Assembly (NCBI GenBank): GCA_010093815.1
Contig: ML996571.1
DNA length: 64,000 bases
Strand: one strand, 5' to 3'
From: Pseudovirgaria hyperparasitica
Lineage: Eukaryota
Shown here: positions 52,829 through 64,000 of the stretch, one piece after another
Layout: each line of letters starts with the position of its first letter
How positions within the stretch are numbered: position 1 is the stretch's first letter
Notes under the pieces: generated by a model
The model's database searches: none
What the model saw: the letters and a program-made list of their open reading frames with translations, nothing else
Told to the model about the DNA's origin: nothing
Position numbers and translations under genes: made by a program

Positions 52829-53357
52829 ATACCCTCGATATATGAAGACACACTTAAAAAGTCCCTGCCATGACTATTCTTGATACATATGTTACCTTTA
52901 TAAGTGCATGGACAAGAGCGCATGGACTCAAGCGCACCAGTTGCATTCAAACAAACAGCTCTACTAGGAGTAATTACCACAATTAAATTCAACGTTAAGT
53001 AAGGTGTGACTCGGCACCACCTGATTTGGTGTGTAAGTGAATTCGGTTTCGGTAGGGATCGTCTTATGCAAGCTGTGTACTTCACGTCTGGTTCATATAG
53101 TTGAACAAAAACTTTCACTTTGGCTAGCACTGTAATATGGCAGGCACGCTGTTCCGTTTAATAAGGTTAGATTAAACAACGTTCGGATGCGTTACCGTGA
53201 CACGAGTTCACGTCTAAATCACACACCGAATATCTGCACTTTCCAAGCTCATCTTATCCCAGAGAAGACACTCTTTTCGTCACAACTCTCATTCTAATTC
53301 TCTTATATTCATGACTATATAGTACGTTAATATTCTATTCCCTCTACTATCTCAACC

Positions 53358-54851
53358 ATGACAAATTCAGACGTACCATCAGAGTCTCAAGACACTGCAG
53401 GTCCGCCTGAAGATTCGCATAGTGAACATACGGCGGATGAGAATGCGGGAGACCTTCCACCTGATCGAACGGCAGAATGGGACCATCCAGGTACAGACGA
53501 AATCATTCTGCAGAATCTTGCTTCCCTGAGACCCCGGCTCCCTGACGAGGTCGTTGATCTTATCAAATCCAAAGTTGATAGCCTCGATCCCACATCGTTA
53601 GAACACGAGATGTGGAACATGGTGTTGTCCAGGATACGTGAGAACCCAACAGCTAGATCAGCTCAGTTGCTCTGGGAACTACCACTAGAAATACGGAGGA
53701 CGATCTACGAATACTTCCTGCCGCCAAAAGACAGCATTTTCGAAATCCGTCCAATAAGACAGGCGCGTGATATGCCAGATGGCCACGTGGATGGTTCGAA
53801 TTGTCCTGTCTGCAGTGTTGACATCACTGGTATATCAGATGCAGACAAAGATGTACATGTCAACAATTGTCTGAAAGGCAGCCCTACAGAATTACCAGAG
53901 AAGACGCGTTGGTCATACAAAGGCTCTAACAATGCATTAGCATTACTTCTCGTCAACTCACAAATGTGCCAAGAGGTTGCTACCATTCTTTATGAAAACT
54001 ACACCTTCGAGCTCGATCTTTCCGAACACGGCGTAAGATTTCTGGATCTTCCCGTCATCGATAAGATCAACCAGTACGGCTTTAGTCTCTCACACGGCGA
54101 CACCAAGTTCGGCAACAGGGTTTCCAGCGCAGAGGGCAATCGGCAGTCAAATTGGATCTTTTCATTTGCGCGAATCCATAAGCTAAAATTGAATATCTGG
54201 GGAGGTACAGTTCCCTTGTCCAATTCTGAAGGCCAACAATGGAAAGCAAAGGAAAAATGCCTTGGGATGCGGCAGAATCTTCAGAGCTTAGTAGAGCTCT
54301 TGACAAAAGGCCCCACTAAACCGCATCTTCTATACTTGGAAGTTACTCTCTACGATGGTGACCGAGGGCTTGATCTTGTAGAACCCTGGGCGGGATTTTG
54401 GCGCCTTGGAAGAGGATTGACTCCGCGTTGCAGTCTGTTAGCCGCAGACGAAGCGGATGGAGGCATAGCCCCATCGACTGCACTTTACACTAACGAGAGA
54501 TTTATCATGCAGCCCCTTGAAGCCATACGAGGTCTAGAATGCCCATGGTTCTTCCGCTACCAAGGAAACGACAGACACACGAGATACAGGCTCTGCATGG
54601 ATTACATGCGAAGCCAGATGAGGCGCCATCCATCGAGTGGGTATGTGCCGAACCCAGAATTCATTCGACATGTGTCACAATTAGAAGATGCACTGAGAGA
54701 TTGGAAGGAGCATCTCGCGCGTCAGACTGCAGAGCGTAATCGTAAAATGGAAGCTGAACGCGATGCTTGGGTCGACGCTACGATCGAAGAATGGGGATCC
54801 GACGATGGACACGCAACGCAAGAAGAAGACGGCGAAGAGGACGGAAATTAA
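53358..54851 (+). CDS. Hypothetical protein, 497 aa, with an F-box-like helix and a C2HC (UBZ-like) finger
   Basis: Intronless ORF, ATG context accATG; LWELPLEIRRTIYEYFL; CPVC-x14-H-x3-C; ALLLVNSQMCQEVATILYENYTF. Confidence 0.78.
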   Translation: MTNSDVPSESQDTAGPPEDSHSEHTADENAGDLPPDRTAEWDHPGTDEIILQNLASLRPRLPDEVVDLIKSKVDSLDPTSLEHEMWNMVLSRIRENPTARSAQLLWELPLEIRRTIYEYFLPPKDSIFEIRPIRQARDMPDGHVDGSNCPVCSVDITGISDADKDVHVNNCLKGSPTELPEKTRWSYKGSNNALALLLVNSQMCQEVATILYENYTFELDLSEHGVRFLDLPVIDKINQYGFSLSHGDTKFGNRVSSAEGNRQSNWIFSFARIHKLKLNIWGGTVPLSNSEGQQWKAKEKCLGMRQNLQSLVELLTKGPTKPHLLYLEVTLYDGDRGLDLVEPWAGFWRLGRGLTPRCSLLAADEADGGIAPSTALYTNERFIMQPLEAIRGLECPWFFRYQGNDRHTRYRLCMDYMRSQMRRHPSSGYVPNPEFIRHVSQLEDALRDWKEHLARQTAERNRKMEAERDAWVDATIEEWGSDDGHATQEEDGEEDGN

Positions 54852-55483
54852 TTGCCAGCTGGAGTATCTAATTAGCCTGGAAACGGCCCAGCACGAAGAA
54901 GAGGAAACCGTGAGATAACCGTAAGAAACTTGTATGATCTTCTGGTATGGTGGTATCTTTCGTCACCTGAGTCGGTAAGCCATCCATTACGAGCAGTGAA
55001 TATATGCATGCGGAAGAAGTTCGTGCGATTATGAAGACCTTGCAGGCGATAGATGGCAAGTTGGGTGACTCCTAATACCAGGCGAGGAATCGGAACCTTG
55101 GTGGATGAGGTGACGTGGGTAATCCATGTATATCACTAGACATCGACATTTCTAAATCAACGGCTATTTGAATCCGACTGGCATGCATAACATCTCATCA
55201 TATGCAATACAATTGAATGTAATCGTATTCAAGACCGACCCCACATCATCTAAAATCCAGGATCTGATGAAATCAGATTCGAAGGATGCTTAAGGGACGA
55301 GTAGGCTGTGGGACCGTACCTAGTCGGAACTACCTTAGCTAGTGCTAGCAGGAAATCAAGTTCCTGGATAATTACCCCGCCTACGATTGATTTTACGAAC
55401 AGTCATCTCTCGTAGAAACATTAATTGATCCCCAAATCCTGTCAATTGGAGCAGAAAGAGATACAGTTCCCCTAGTAGACACG

Positions 55484-58153
55484 ATGGTATCCTTCATCCC
55501 TTCCATCGATCTGACTAAGTACGCAACCACAATTCAAGGCTTGACACCGAAAGAACTTAGTTACATTGGAGTCGTGCATGCGCAAGTGGAGACAGCCACC
55601 CTCGACAGTGCTTTCGCATACCTCTACGAAACACTAAAACTATACCAGACCTACTTCGATGTTTCTAAGCTCGACTTGATTGATGACATCGTTTCCCTCC
55701 TTGACTCCGGCGCATCAAAAGTGTTCGTCAGCAGTTTACAATTAGAGCGCTTGAAGGCCATCGAGAATTTGGACTTCGATCGTGTCGTACTTGCCATCTC
55801 TGGCGAAAGAAGAGACGAGATCATCGATACAATATCAGGCACCAGTGTGGGAGTATATTTCCACGCAGTAAAAGACGCAGAGATCGTGGAGGCTTGGCTG
55901 AAAGAATACGGTACGGATCGACCTGACGTCTATGTGTCGTTCGCGCAGCCATCTTCTGAGCATCTCTTGAAGGTAACGGCGCTTTCTGCCATTTCTATCA
56001 CCCCAGCAACCCTCCTCACAGTCGACACTGAGGCCAATCCAACCCTGATAAGCGTCGCGACTTTACTCCTTGCGAACGCGAAGAGTGACCGACCGGATGG
56101 CTTATTCACAACTCTGGTCACCGACGAGAGAGGAATTGCACTTGGACTAGTATACAGTAATGCAAAGAGTGTGGCTGAAAGTCTCCGGACGGGCCGAGGT
56201 GTATACTGTAGCCGCAAAAGAGGTCTTTGGTACAAGGGCGAAAGTAGCGGTGATATCCAGGAGCTTGTGCGAGTTGAGCTGGATTGTGACCAAGACTGCC
56301 TATGCTACGTTGTACGACAGAAAGGCCGAGGCTTTTGCCATCTGGCAACTCCTACCTGCTTTGGTGCATATAGAGGTCTATCAAAATTGCAACGAACACT
56401 GCAGAGCCGTAAAGAGTCTGCGCCGGAAGGATCATACACTTCGCGGCTGTTCAATGATCCCGAGCTATTGAACGCAAAAATCATGGAGGAAGCAAACGAG
56501 CTTTGCGAGGCGAAGACAACTTCAGAAGTTGCATTTGAAGCAGCTGATGTTATGTACTTTGCTCTCACAAAATGTGTCGCCGCTGGTGTATCACTTGAAG
56601 ACGTTGAACGGAATCTCGACCTGAAAAGCTTCAAGGTAAAACGAAGAAAAGGCGATGCTAAAGGACCATGGGCGCAGAAACTCGATTCCCAGAACGGCGC
56701 ATCACAGGAGCCTGAAGAGAAAGAGATATTGAAGGAGGCTGCATCCGTGCCGAAGGGTGTTCATGATCCAGCAGGACTTCAAAACGGCAGAATACAAATG
56801 CGACGCTTCACAACGGCAACAGATTCTCTCGAAACCATCTCAGATGTTCTAAAAAGACCTTCGCAACGTTCTACAGAGAAAATCATGGGAATTGTCAAAC
56901 CTATCATTGAAAATGTACGAACAAGAGGAGATGTCGCGGTTTTGGATTACACGCACAAATTCGAGAAAGCGACATCACTCACGAGTCCAGTCTTAAAAGC
57001 GCCGTTTCCTGCATCCTTGATGCGACTACCTCCTGAAACGATCGAGGCGATTGACATATCCTTCGAGAACATTCGTCGCTTCCATGCTGCGCAGAAGGAA
57101 GAGAAACCGCTGATAGTCGAGACTATGCCCGGCGTAGTCTGTTCTCGGTTTTCAAGACCAATAGAAGGCGTAGGTCTGTACGTCCCTGGAGGCACTGCCG
57201 TGCTCCCATCCACAGCCCTGATGCTTGGTGTCCCTGCTATGGTTGCAGGGTGCAAACGTATTGTACTCGCTTCACCACCTCGTTCCGATGGATCTATCAC
57301 ACCCGAAATTGTATATGCAGCGCACAAGGTTGGCGCCGAGAGCATCGTCCTTGCCGGCGGTGCTCAAGCAGTCGCTGCAATGGCGTACGGGACGGAGAGC
57401 ATCAGCAAAGTGGACAAGATACTAGGACCAGGTAACCAATTTGTGACAGCCGCCAAGATGCTCGTATCGAACGACACGTCGGCCGGAGTCAGCATTGACA
57501 TGCCTGCTGGCCCAAGTGAAGTTCTTGTCGTGGCTGACTCGACGGCCGATCCATCGTTCGTGGCATCGGATTTGCTGAGTCAGGCCGAGCATGGTGTAGA
57601 CTCTCAAGTCATCTTGATTGCTGTGAATCTGGCAGAAAAGGAGCTCCAAGCCATCGAGGATGAGCTTCATACCCAAGCGAATGCTCTACCTCGCGTTGAC
57701 ATCGTACGTGGAGCTATCAGTCACTCTGTGACCCTTGTAGTCAAGGACATTAGAGAAGCAATGGTCATGAGCAATCAATATGCGCCTGAACACTTAATCT
57801 TACAAGTCAAGGATGCTGAGCAAGTAGTTGATTTGGTAGAGAATGCTGGTAGTGTCTTTGTCGGACCCTGGACCCCTGAAAGTGTTGGTGATTACTCTGC
57901 TGGTGTAAATCACTCTCTTCGTAAGTGAATGGAAGATGAGGGACAAGTGTCCTTTGCTGACCAGAGAATAGCAACTTATGGGTATGCCAAGCAGTACTCA
58001 GGAGTCAATCTAGGGTCATATGTTAAACATATCACTAGCGCCAACCTCACCAAAGAAGGTCTGCAGAATGTGGGCCCTGCAGTGATGCAATTAGCGAAGG
58101 TTGAGGAACTGGAGGCTCACAGAAGAGCTGTTTCTATCCGTCTGGGATTGTAA
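55484..58153 (+). CDS. HIS4: Trifunctional histidine biosynthesis protein (PR-AMP cyclohydrolase / PR-ATP pyrophosphohydrolase / histidinol dehydrogenase); intron 57921-57971
   Basis: GLWYKGESSG..Q; LDCDQDCL; FCH...TCF; SYTSRLF; KIMEEANEL; GLYVPGGTAVLPST; GPGNQFV; IDMPAGPSE; SQAEHG; APEHL; ESVGDYSAGVNHSLPTYG; ELEAHRRAV. Confidence 0.97.
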
Positions 58154-58812
58154 GTGTATCATGTTCAATGTTGTGCATATTTTACGTTGCCCTCGTAGCC
58201 ACATAATCGGTTTTGGTATATACACACTATAGAGTTATTTGATTTCGCCATAGAACATATATGTAAGTTCAGGAGCAACAAAATTATAGTTTATGAACTC
58301 ATTAAGTCTACTACCGACGACATATGTACTCTACGTTCATCCGGAAGCCACATATCATCTGGCTGGTTGTACTCCTGCGTCTGGCGCACAGTGTCACATA
58401 GCCGCAAATCATTCTTAATTCATTTCACGATCTGCCTTTGCCACTGGACTATTTCCTGGCCAGGGCACGAAAATCATAAAGAGAATCGTTCATTATTAGA
58501 TTACCATGGCTGCAATCACCAAAATGCCAGCAAAAGCCCCCCGGCCAATGCCTAAGTTCGTGCTTGCGACTTATCAACAAGATGCAGCTGTTGATTGTGT
58601 ATTTGAGCTTTGGATGCTCTGGTACATAAATGCGACACTTTCCTGTCGGATCTTTATCCATCTATCTGATACACGGCAGAGGTTGATATGAAATGCCTGC
58701 TCCCAATCCAACCATTTTAAATTTCGGGCCCCACTTTATTTTCAAACTTCAAAGAATCCTGTCTCCGCGATCTGAAGGTTCAACATGCACAATTGCACCA
58801 GCACACTACAAC

Positions 58813-59799
58813 ATGTCTAAGAAAAGCACTGGAATCGCCAGTGGTACTGCTGGAGACTTTGCGATACTGCCACTGACGATACTGCCTCATCCCGCATTTC
58901 CAAAGTCCGCAACACATTACCTCTACGTCCGCCCAAATGCGCCTCGAAACCCCACCCCGGAAGAGGAGCAACTCCAGAAACGGCAGCTTTTCTTGGCCAA
59001 TATACCAATAGATTCTGGCCTAACGTCGATCAGGACCCTTTTCAAGACACTGGTAGGAGAGGCGGGACGGGTCGCGGATGTCTCGTTCGGAAATGATAGA
59101 AAGATGGTGCGGGAAAGTGAAATGGCAGATGATAATGGCGAGGCTGTAAGAGGGGGGACAAAGGTCAAAAGAAGTATTGCTGAGCTCAAAGTAATGCTGG
59201 AACAGGACGCGGATTTGCCACAAGTATGGGACACGCAAGTCCACACCAGTGGAAGCTCGGCTGTAGTACTCTTTGTGGACTCAAAAAGTGCGGATATAGC
59301 TATGAAAGCCATTAAGAAAAGAGCCAAGAAAGGGGAAGAGATTTTATGGCAAGGCGAAGATCTATCAAAGCGTAAGTCTCAGCTTATGTGCGACGAGAAT
59401 ACTGCTGACACTACCACAGGCTACAAAGCACACCATGCACTGAAATTCCCGAATCCCGATGTTCTGACTGCGCACATTAACTCTTACCTCACTACATTCA
59501 ACACTCTGCAAACCTTAAAGGAGAGAAATATGCGGAAGCTCAGTGCGCCTGATGAGGATGGTTTCATAACAGTGACTCGGCAAGGCTCACGTGCTGCACC
59601 TGTAAGCCTTGCGGCTGCAGAAGCAGCCAAAGCCAGAGAGGATGAGCGCAAGAAGAAGGCTGCGGAGGAACTGACGAACTTCTACCGCTTCCAAGGTCGC
59701 GAGAAGAGGAAGGCGAGAGAAATGGAGCTGAAGAGGAAGTTCGAAGAAGATAGAAAAAAGGTGGAGGGCATGAGGCAAAAAAGAATGAAGACATCTTGA
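58813..59799 (+). CDS. RRP7: Ribosomal RNA-processing protein 7; intron 59372-59419
   Basis: THYLYVRP; RQLFLANIPID; PDEDGFITVTR; LTNFYRFQGREKRK; KFEEDRKKV. Confidence 0.9.
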   Translation: MSKKSTGIASGTAGDFAILPLTILPHPAFPKSATHYLYVRPNAPRNPTPEEEQLQKRQLFLANIPIDSGLTSIRTLFKTLVGEAGRVADVSFGNDRKMVRESEMADDNGEAVRGGTKVKRSIAELKVMLEQDADLPQVWDTQVHTSGSSAVVLFVDSKSADIAMKAIKKRAKKGEEILWQGEDLSKRKSQLMCDENTADTTTGYKAHHALKFPNPDVLTAHINSYLTTFNTLQTLKERNMRKLSAPDEDGFITVTRQGSRAAPVSLAAAEAAKAREDERKKKAAEELTNFYRFQGREKRKAREMELKRKFEEDRKKVEGMRQKRMKTS

Positions 59800-59845
59800 C
59801 TTATTCATTCGCACGGGCATTTGTGTCATGACATCTATGGTCTTG

Positions 59846-60952
59846 CTACTCGGGAGGAGTGTACACCCAACCTGATGGGTCGAGAACAACGCTGAAATCG
59901 ACACCCCCGAAAACACCGACCACAGGGAAGAGATCACACTCGCCTTTCAGACCGACTGCGCCTTCGGCACTTTTTGAGTCTAATTCTGCGTTCCCGTCCC
60001 ATCCCCCCGTCTTCACACCATCTCTCGTGAAGAAGACCTCGATATCTAGCGGATTTTGACTTCCTCCCTCGTACGTAGGTGGTTTTCGAGGCAAAGAAAA
60101 CGTCATACCTATCCCAACAACCTGGGCATCGTAGAACGGCGTAGTAAAATCGGACCCTCCTTCATCGTTGTTGATGTACTGATGCCCGTCGTCAGAGTGG
60201 ACCGCTAGACTCCCACGATGCCACCCTGGCAGCCGGAATGGCGGATACGGCGGCGCGCAGTAACCTATGGCTATCCCGGAGTCCGTGTTCTGCACCATGT
60301 TAGATGGACCAGAGGATGAGACCTCTTTCTGTTTGTTAGACGAGCGCGAAAACAGTCTCGAAAAATTCTTGATTCCGTGCTTTTCGCTCTTCGTCACTTC
60401 ATGCTGTGGTCCAGAATACTGGTTCGATTGTCCGTCACGACCTAGCACCAAGGGACGTATCTCGAAATATATTGTTTTGCTTCTTCCCGTCACTGATGGG
60501 CTATCATGCAACGCCGAATAGGCTGGCAGGTGCGTCAATAGGATCGAATCTGCACAGCTGGCATGTGTTCTGCAGCTATATGTGCCTGGTCTACCGTTTT
60601 CGAGGACGTCTCCGAGATATGGATTTTGTTTGATGAGTCGCAGAGATCCTGCTTGAACTTCTTCGCGCTGCTCTGCGGTTAAAGGTCGTGGTGCCCATAA
60701 TCGATTCTTTAAACACCATTGTGCTCCGCGATAAGCGTCTCCTGGAGAAGCATTTGCAGCTGGTGAGACTTCATATGATAGCGATGGCGGAGGTGGAAGC
60801 TCCGAGGTATCAGGAATGATGGTCCAATTGTGAGGATATGGAGGTGATTGCGTCTCGTATGCTGGAAGTTTCTGGCTCGGTGGTGGTCCTGGAGGAGGTT
60901 GATAGCTCTGTTGACCTGGTGGAGGACCAGGCGGTGGATGGAAGCTGGACAT
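59846..60952 (-). CDS. SPRY-domain protein (Ssh4/Ear1-like) with Pro-rich N-terminus
   Basis: KTIYFEI; IAIGYCAPPYPPFRLPGWHRGSLAVHSDDG; VVGIG; VFFTRDG; LFPVVG. Confidence 0.85.
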   Translation of the reverse strand: MSSFHPPPGPPPGQQSYQPPPGPPPSQKLPAYETQSPPYPHNWTIIPDTSELPPPPSLSYEVSPAANASPGDAYRGAQWCLKNRLWAPRPLTAEQREEVQAGSLRLIKQNPYLGDVLENGRPGTYSCRTHASCADSILLTHLPAYSALHDSPSVTGRSKTIYFEIRPLVLGRDGQSNQYSGPQHEVTKSEKHGIKNFSRLFSRSSNKQKEVSSSGPSNMVQNTDSGIAIGYCAPPYPPFRLPGWHRGSLAVHSDDGHQYINNDEGGSDFTTPFYDAQVVGIGMTFSLPRKPPTYEGGSQNPLDIEVFFTRDGVKTGGWDGNAELDSKSAEGAVGLKGECDLFPVVGVFGGVDFSVVLDPSGWVYTPPE

Positions 60953-61444
60953 TTCAGGATTGTATACTCGTTACTACTTGGCGACTGCTTCGATATGCAA
61001 TATTTTCTTGATTTGGATGTATTGTGAAGCTACTAGCTAGATACAGTACGAGGGAAGTTGAGGTACAAGAGTATGGATATTATAACTGCAAGCTGGCTAG
61101 AGTAACAACGTGCATCAGATGCTCACTCAAAAAAAACATCCCCGCTAGCGCATGTCATGTGCTCGTTGAAGACGCAGGTAATTGTGATAATGAGTGAAGG
61201 TGAATGAATTTTGAAAGAAACATGTTTTGTTCCACCCCGCAGAGCCCGTGCGGCTGTGCTCCCTGCGCCACCCGCTCAGAAACGTGCGGCTCGAGGCGTG
61301 GCGTGCGCGTGCATCGCGGCCCCAAGCACAACTAAAATGTGCTGAGGAAGTCTATGACATGTCGTCTGCTCTGCATATAATGTCTGACCTACACCCTACG
61401 GCGCTGCTCATCACGCCGTCAACGTTCCCTCGAGCAGCGAAGAA

Positions 61445-62586
61445 ATGACTGACACGCCTGCTGCGCAGCTCCAAGGCGACCTCCGCGCCTCGATAGCACA
61501 ATCACTCGAGGCACAACGACCCCTATTGCATCACCTCAACGCCGATTCGTCCTGGCTACTGCAGATTCCACGGCCAAAGGGTGGACGGAAGAGTGGGAAT
61601 TTCAGGAAATTCTATAATGTCCTGATTGATCCGTGGTTAGCGGGTGGTCAGAGTGATGTGGCGAGCTGGTTCAGCCAGCAGTTTCATGCGACTGAGAGCA
61701 AGGTCGGGAGCATAGAAGAGGTGGAGCAATTGATACGTCGTGTTGAAGGTGGAGGTGGTGAAGAAGAGGGTCTTAGGGTCTCGTCTGAGCCAGGACCTAG
61801 CCAGATTGATGTCGTGGCTATCAGTCATGAATTCACAGATCATTGTCATAAGGAAACGCTCATGCAAGTACACCCCGACGTAGCAGTATTTGCGAACGAT
61901 GTGAGTTCAGACAATCATACGCAGACCTATGTAATCAGAACTGACTGACGCGCCAAAAGCGTGCGGTATCGGTTATTCAAGGCTTCAAACACTTCCGCAC
62001 CATAGTGCCCATCCCCGCCTTCCAGCCCGACGGTGATACAGACTGGCGCATAACCTCTCTTCCTCCTCTGCCGGACTGGGTCTCCATCACACGCCTCATC
62101 AATCCTGCCGATGCACTCTACTACCATGCCGCGCTCATGATCACATTCCCATCCTCGCAGTCCCAGAAACCTGCCGACTCGCCAATATCCTCACCTGTCG
62201 ACATGCCCGCGGAAGCGATCATATACACACCGCACGGCATATCCGCGTCCGCGATCCCAGACCTGCGCTCTTTGTCGCCTCCGATCCATACGCTCGCGCT
62301 CTTACACGGACTACACGCCATCACGCTCACGAAGCAGAAGCTGAATCTAGGTGCTCACAACGGGTTGCAGGCGCAAAGGAAGCTGCAATCGCGATATTGG
62401 ATTGGTACACATGACGAAATCAAAAGAGGCGGTGGGATCGTGGCGAGGTTTCTGAGACGGAAAGTGATTACGCTGCAGGAGGCGGTGGAGCAGGAGAAGC
62501 AAGGGATGAAGGAGGAGGAGCGAAGGCAGTGGGCAGATGTTGGGTTCTTGGAGGTGGAGAATGGTGAGAGTGTGTTGCTGAGATGA
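61445..62586 (+). CDS. Hypothetical protein with metallo-beta-lactamase-like motifs; intron 61901-61959
   Basis: HLNADSSWLL; LIDPWL; ISHEFTDHCH; YTPHG; WIGTHDE; intron joins the two ORFs in frame. Confidence 0.8.
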
Positions 62587-64000
62587 CGGGGACGTAGAGA
62601 TATAGATGTGCATAATACAAGTATCAGTAGCAAGCTGAAGGAGCATAATTCGTGATTGACTGCTCATGTTGTATTACTATGCACGCGTGCGGCGCAGTAA
62701 TACCCAGATCTTCACTGTGTACTGTAGCTAGCTGTGCAAACGGGAAGATCCGTTGGGTGGGTGCAGGCTCGGCGTATACGCAGCGTTGGGATGGCAGTCC
62801 CGCGTATATCTCAGCATACCAGCGCACAAGAGGGCACTTGGAAAGCCAGGCAGGTATAGACGACGAGATCAACAACCCATATCCACCCACCCATCTTCCC
62901 CGCCGATTTAAGCGACTTTCAGCGGGCACAAGGCGGCGACGGCGGGTGGTGCTTTGATGCTTTAGAGTACATTGGTGCTTTGGTGCCTTTGGTGCCTGTG
63001 CTAAGGTGTGCTAAGCGTGCTAAAAGTGTCTGTGGAGTCGACGGGAGGGCTAAAATAGGCTGAGAGACCGTCGCAGATCAATCAGTTCTCACACTCTCAG
63101 CCTCACTTCTGGCAATATCATTCGCTATTTGCTATCGTGGTCGACTGTGCTGGAGATGATCGGTGGAGATGGAGATTTGCAGACAGTAACTAGGTTGGAA
63201 GGTGGAGTGGCGCACGATGTGATTGATGATCAACACAACGGCGGCAGAGTTTGTTCTTGTCGATTTAGTGCTGATGGCTGTACCTAGCTAGCTAATTAGC
63301 CACCCTGGATGAGCGTCGTAAGCATTACAGTACCTTTGAAGAGGACTATTATGGTACCTACATAGCTATCGTTCATGTAAGATACAGATACCTACCTGGT
63401 AATTAGGTAGTAACTATGAACCAACCTAACTAAGCAGTGGGGGATATGTGGACTCATCTCCATCTGATCCTTGAAGGCCCCCCATATCATCCGCGACTCT
63501 CCGCTTGGTGCATTTCCACACCAGCATCCAAACAATCCCAAACAATTCGCTGGTCGCGCCATGACCATACTATACACCTTGTATATCATCCAATTGTGTT
63601 ATTGTGCGTCCCGTCTGCCCCATGCTATGTCTCATATCCCTGCCTGCCTGCTTGCTTACCTCCACCTCCACTACGAGTTATGTATGCTCCGTGGCTTGTA
63701 TACTTTGTATCGGGCGCATGGCAATCTTTCTCGCGTGGGCTGATAGGCAAATAACAGCAGGATACCGGTAGCAAAAGCCATCTAATCAAAAACCGCGTAG
63801 CTATCCTCGGACCAAACTCCTCGAGGACGACGCCAATAAAGTGACAGCGGAACGTGTTCAAGTGCAGCCTTTCTTCTGCAGGGAAACCCTCACACTTAAC
63901 CCGAGACGGCCTGGCTAATAAGCCTATTCGTGTTCTAGACTGTTGTTTTTTGCGCTGATTTCTATTCCCTTTTTCCAGTCTCGACCTTCCCGCAACGCTA

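Noticed and set aside
18010..59799. Apparent TORC1/ribosome-biogenesis cluster (NPR2, SFP1, DUS3, RTC3, RRP7) and ER cluster (BAP31, HRD3)
   Set aside because: The genes are dispersed among unrelated housekeeping genes; co-location is compatible with chance, and I have no synteny evidence.
62600..64000. Short ORFs at the window end
   Set aside because: No motifs or coherent exon structure; appears intergenic or promoter sequence.

Overview
Eukaryotic, intron-rich genomic DNA from a filamentous ascomycete (Pezizomycotina; the short 45-110 nt GT..AG introns with CTAAC/CTGAC branch sites and the protein sequences suggest a Dothideomycete, which is an inference). About 23 protein-coding genes, mostly conserved housekeeping or signalling genes: group III hybrid histidine kinase (NIK1/OS-1), ADA3/NGG1, membrane RING-H2 E3, a secreted Thr/Ala-rich protein, a heme-thiolate peroxidase, NPR2, an amidase, BAP31, DUS3, SFP1, HRD3, an MFS transporter, a Zn-cluster TF, Ran, NAS2, a RhoGEF, RTC3, HIS4, RRP7, a SPRY protein and several hypotheticals. 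I found no tRNA, rRNA, CRISPR array or intact transposon. The most notable signal is at SFP1: about 1.1 kb with no ATG precedes the first AUG, and the SFP1 frame stays open upstream through a CTG in strong context (gcgaaaCTGg, 32669). This suggests a CUG-initiated 103-aa N-terminal extension. Other oddities: a Zn2Cys6 motif whose sixth Cys is Gly, a Kex2/Ste13-type site that could release a C-terminal peptide from the secreted protein, a UBZ-like finger inserted in an F-box-like orphan, and a 100-bp tail-to-tail CDS overlap.
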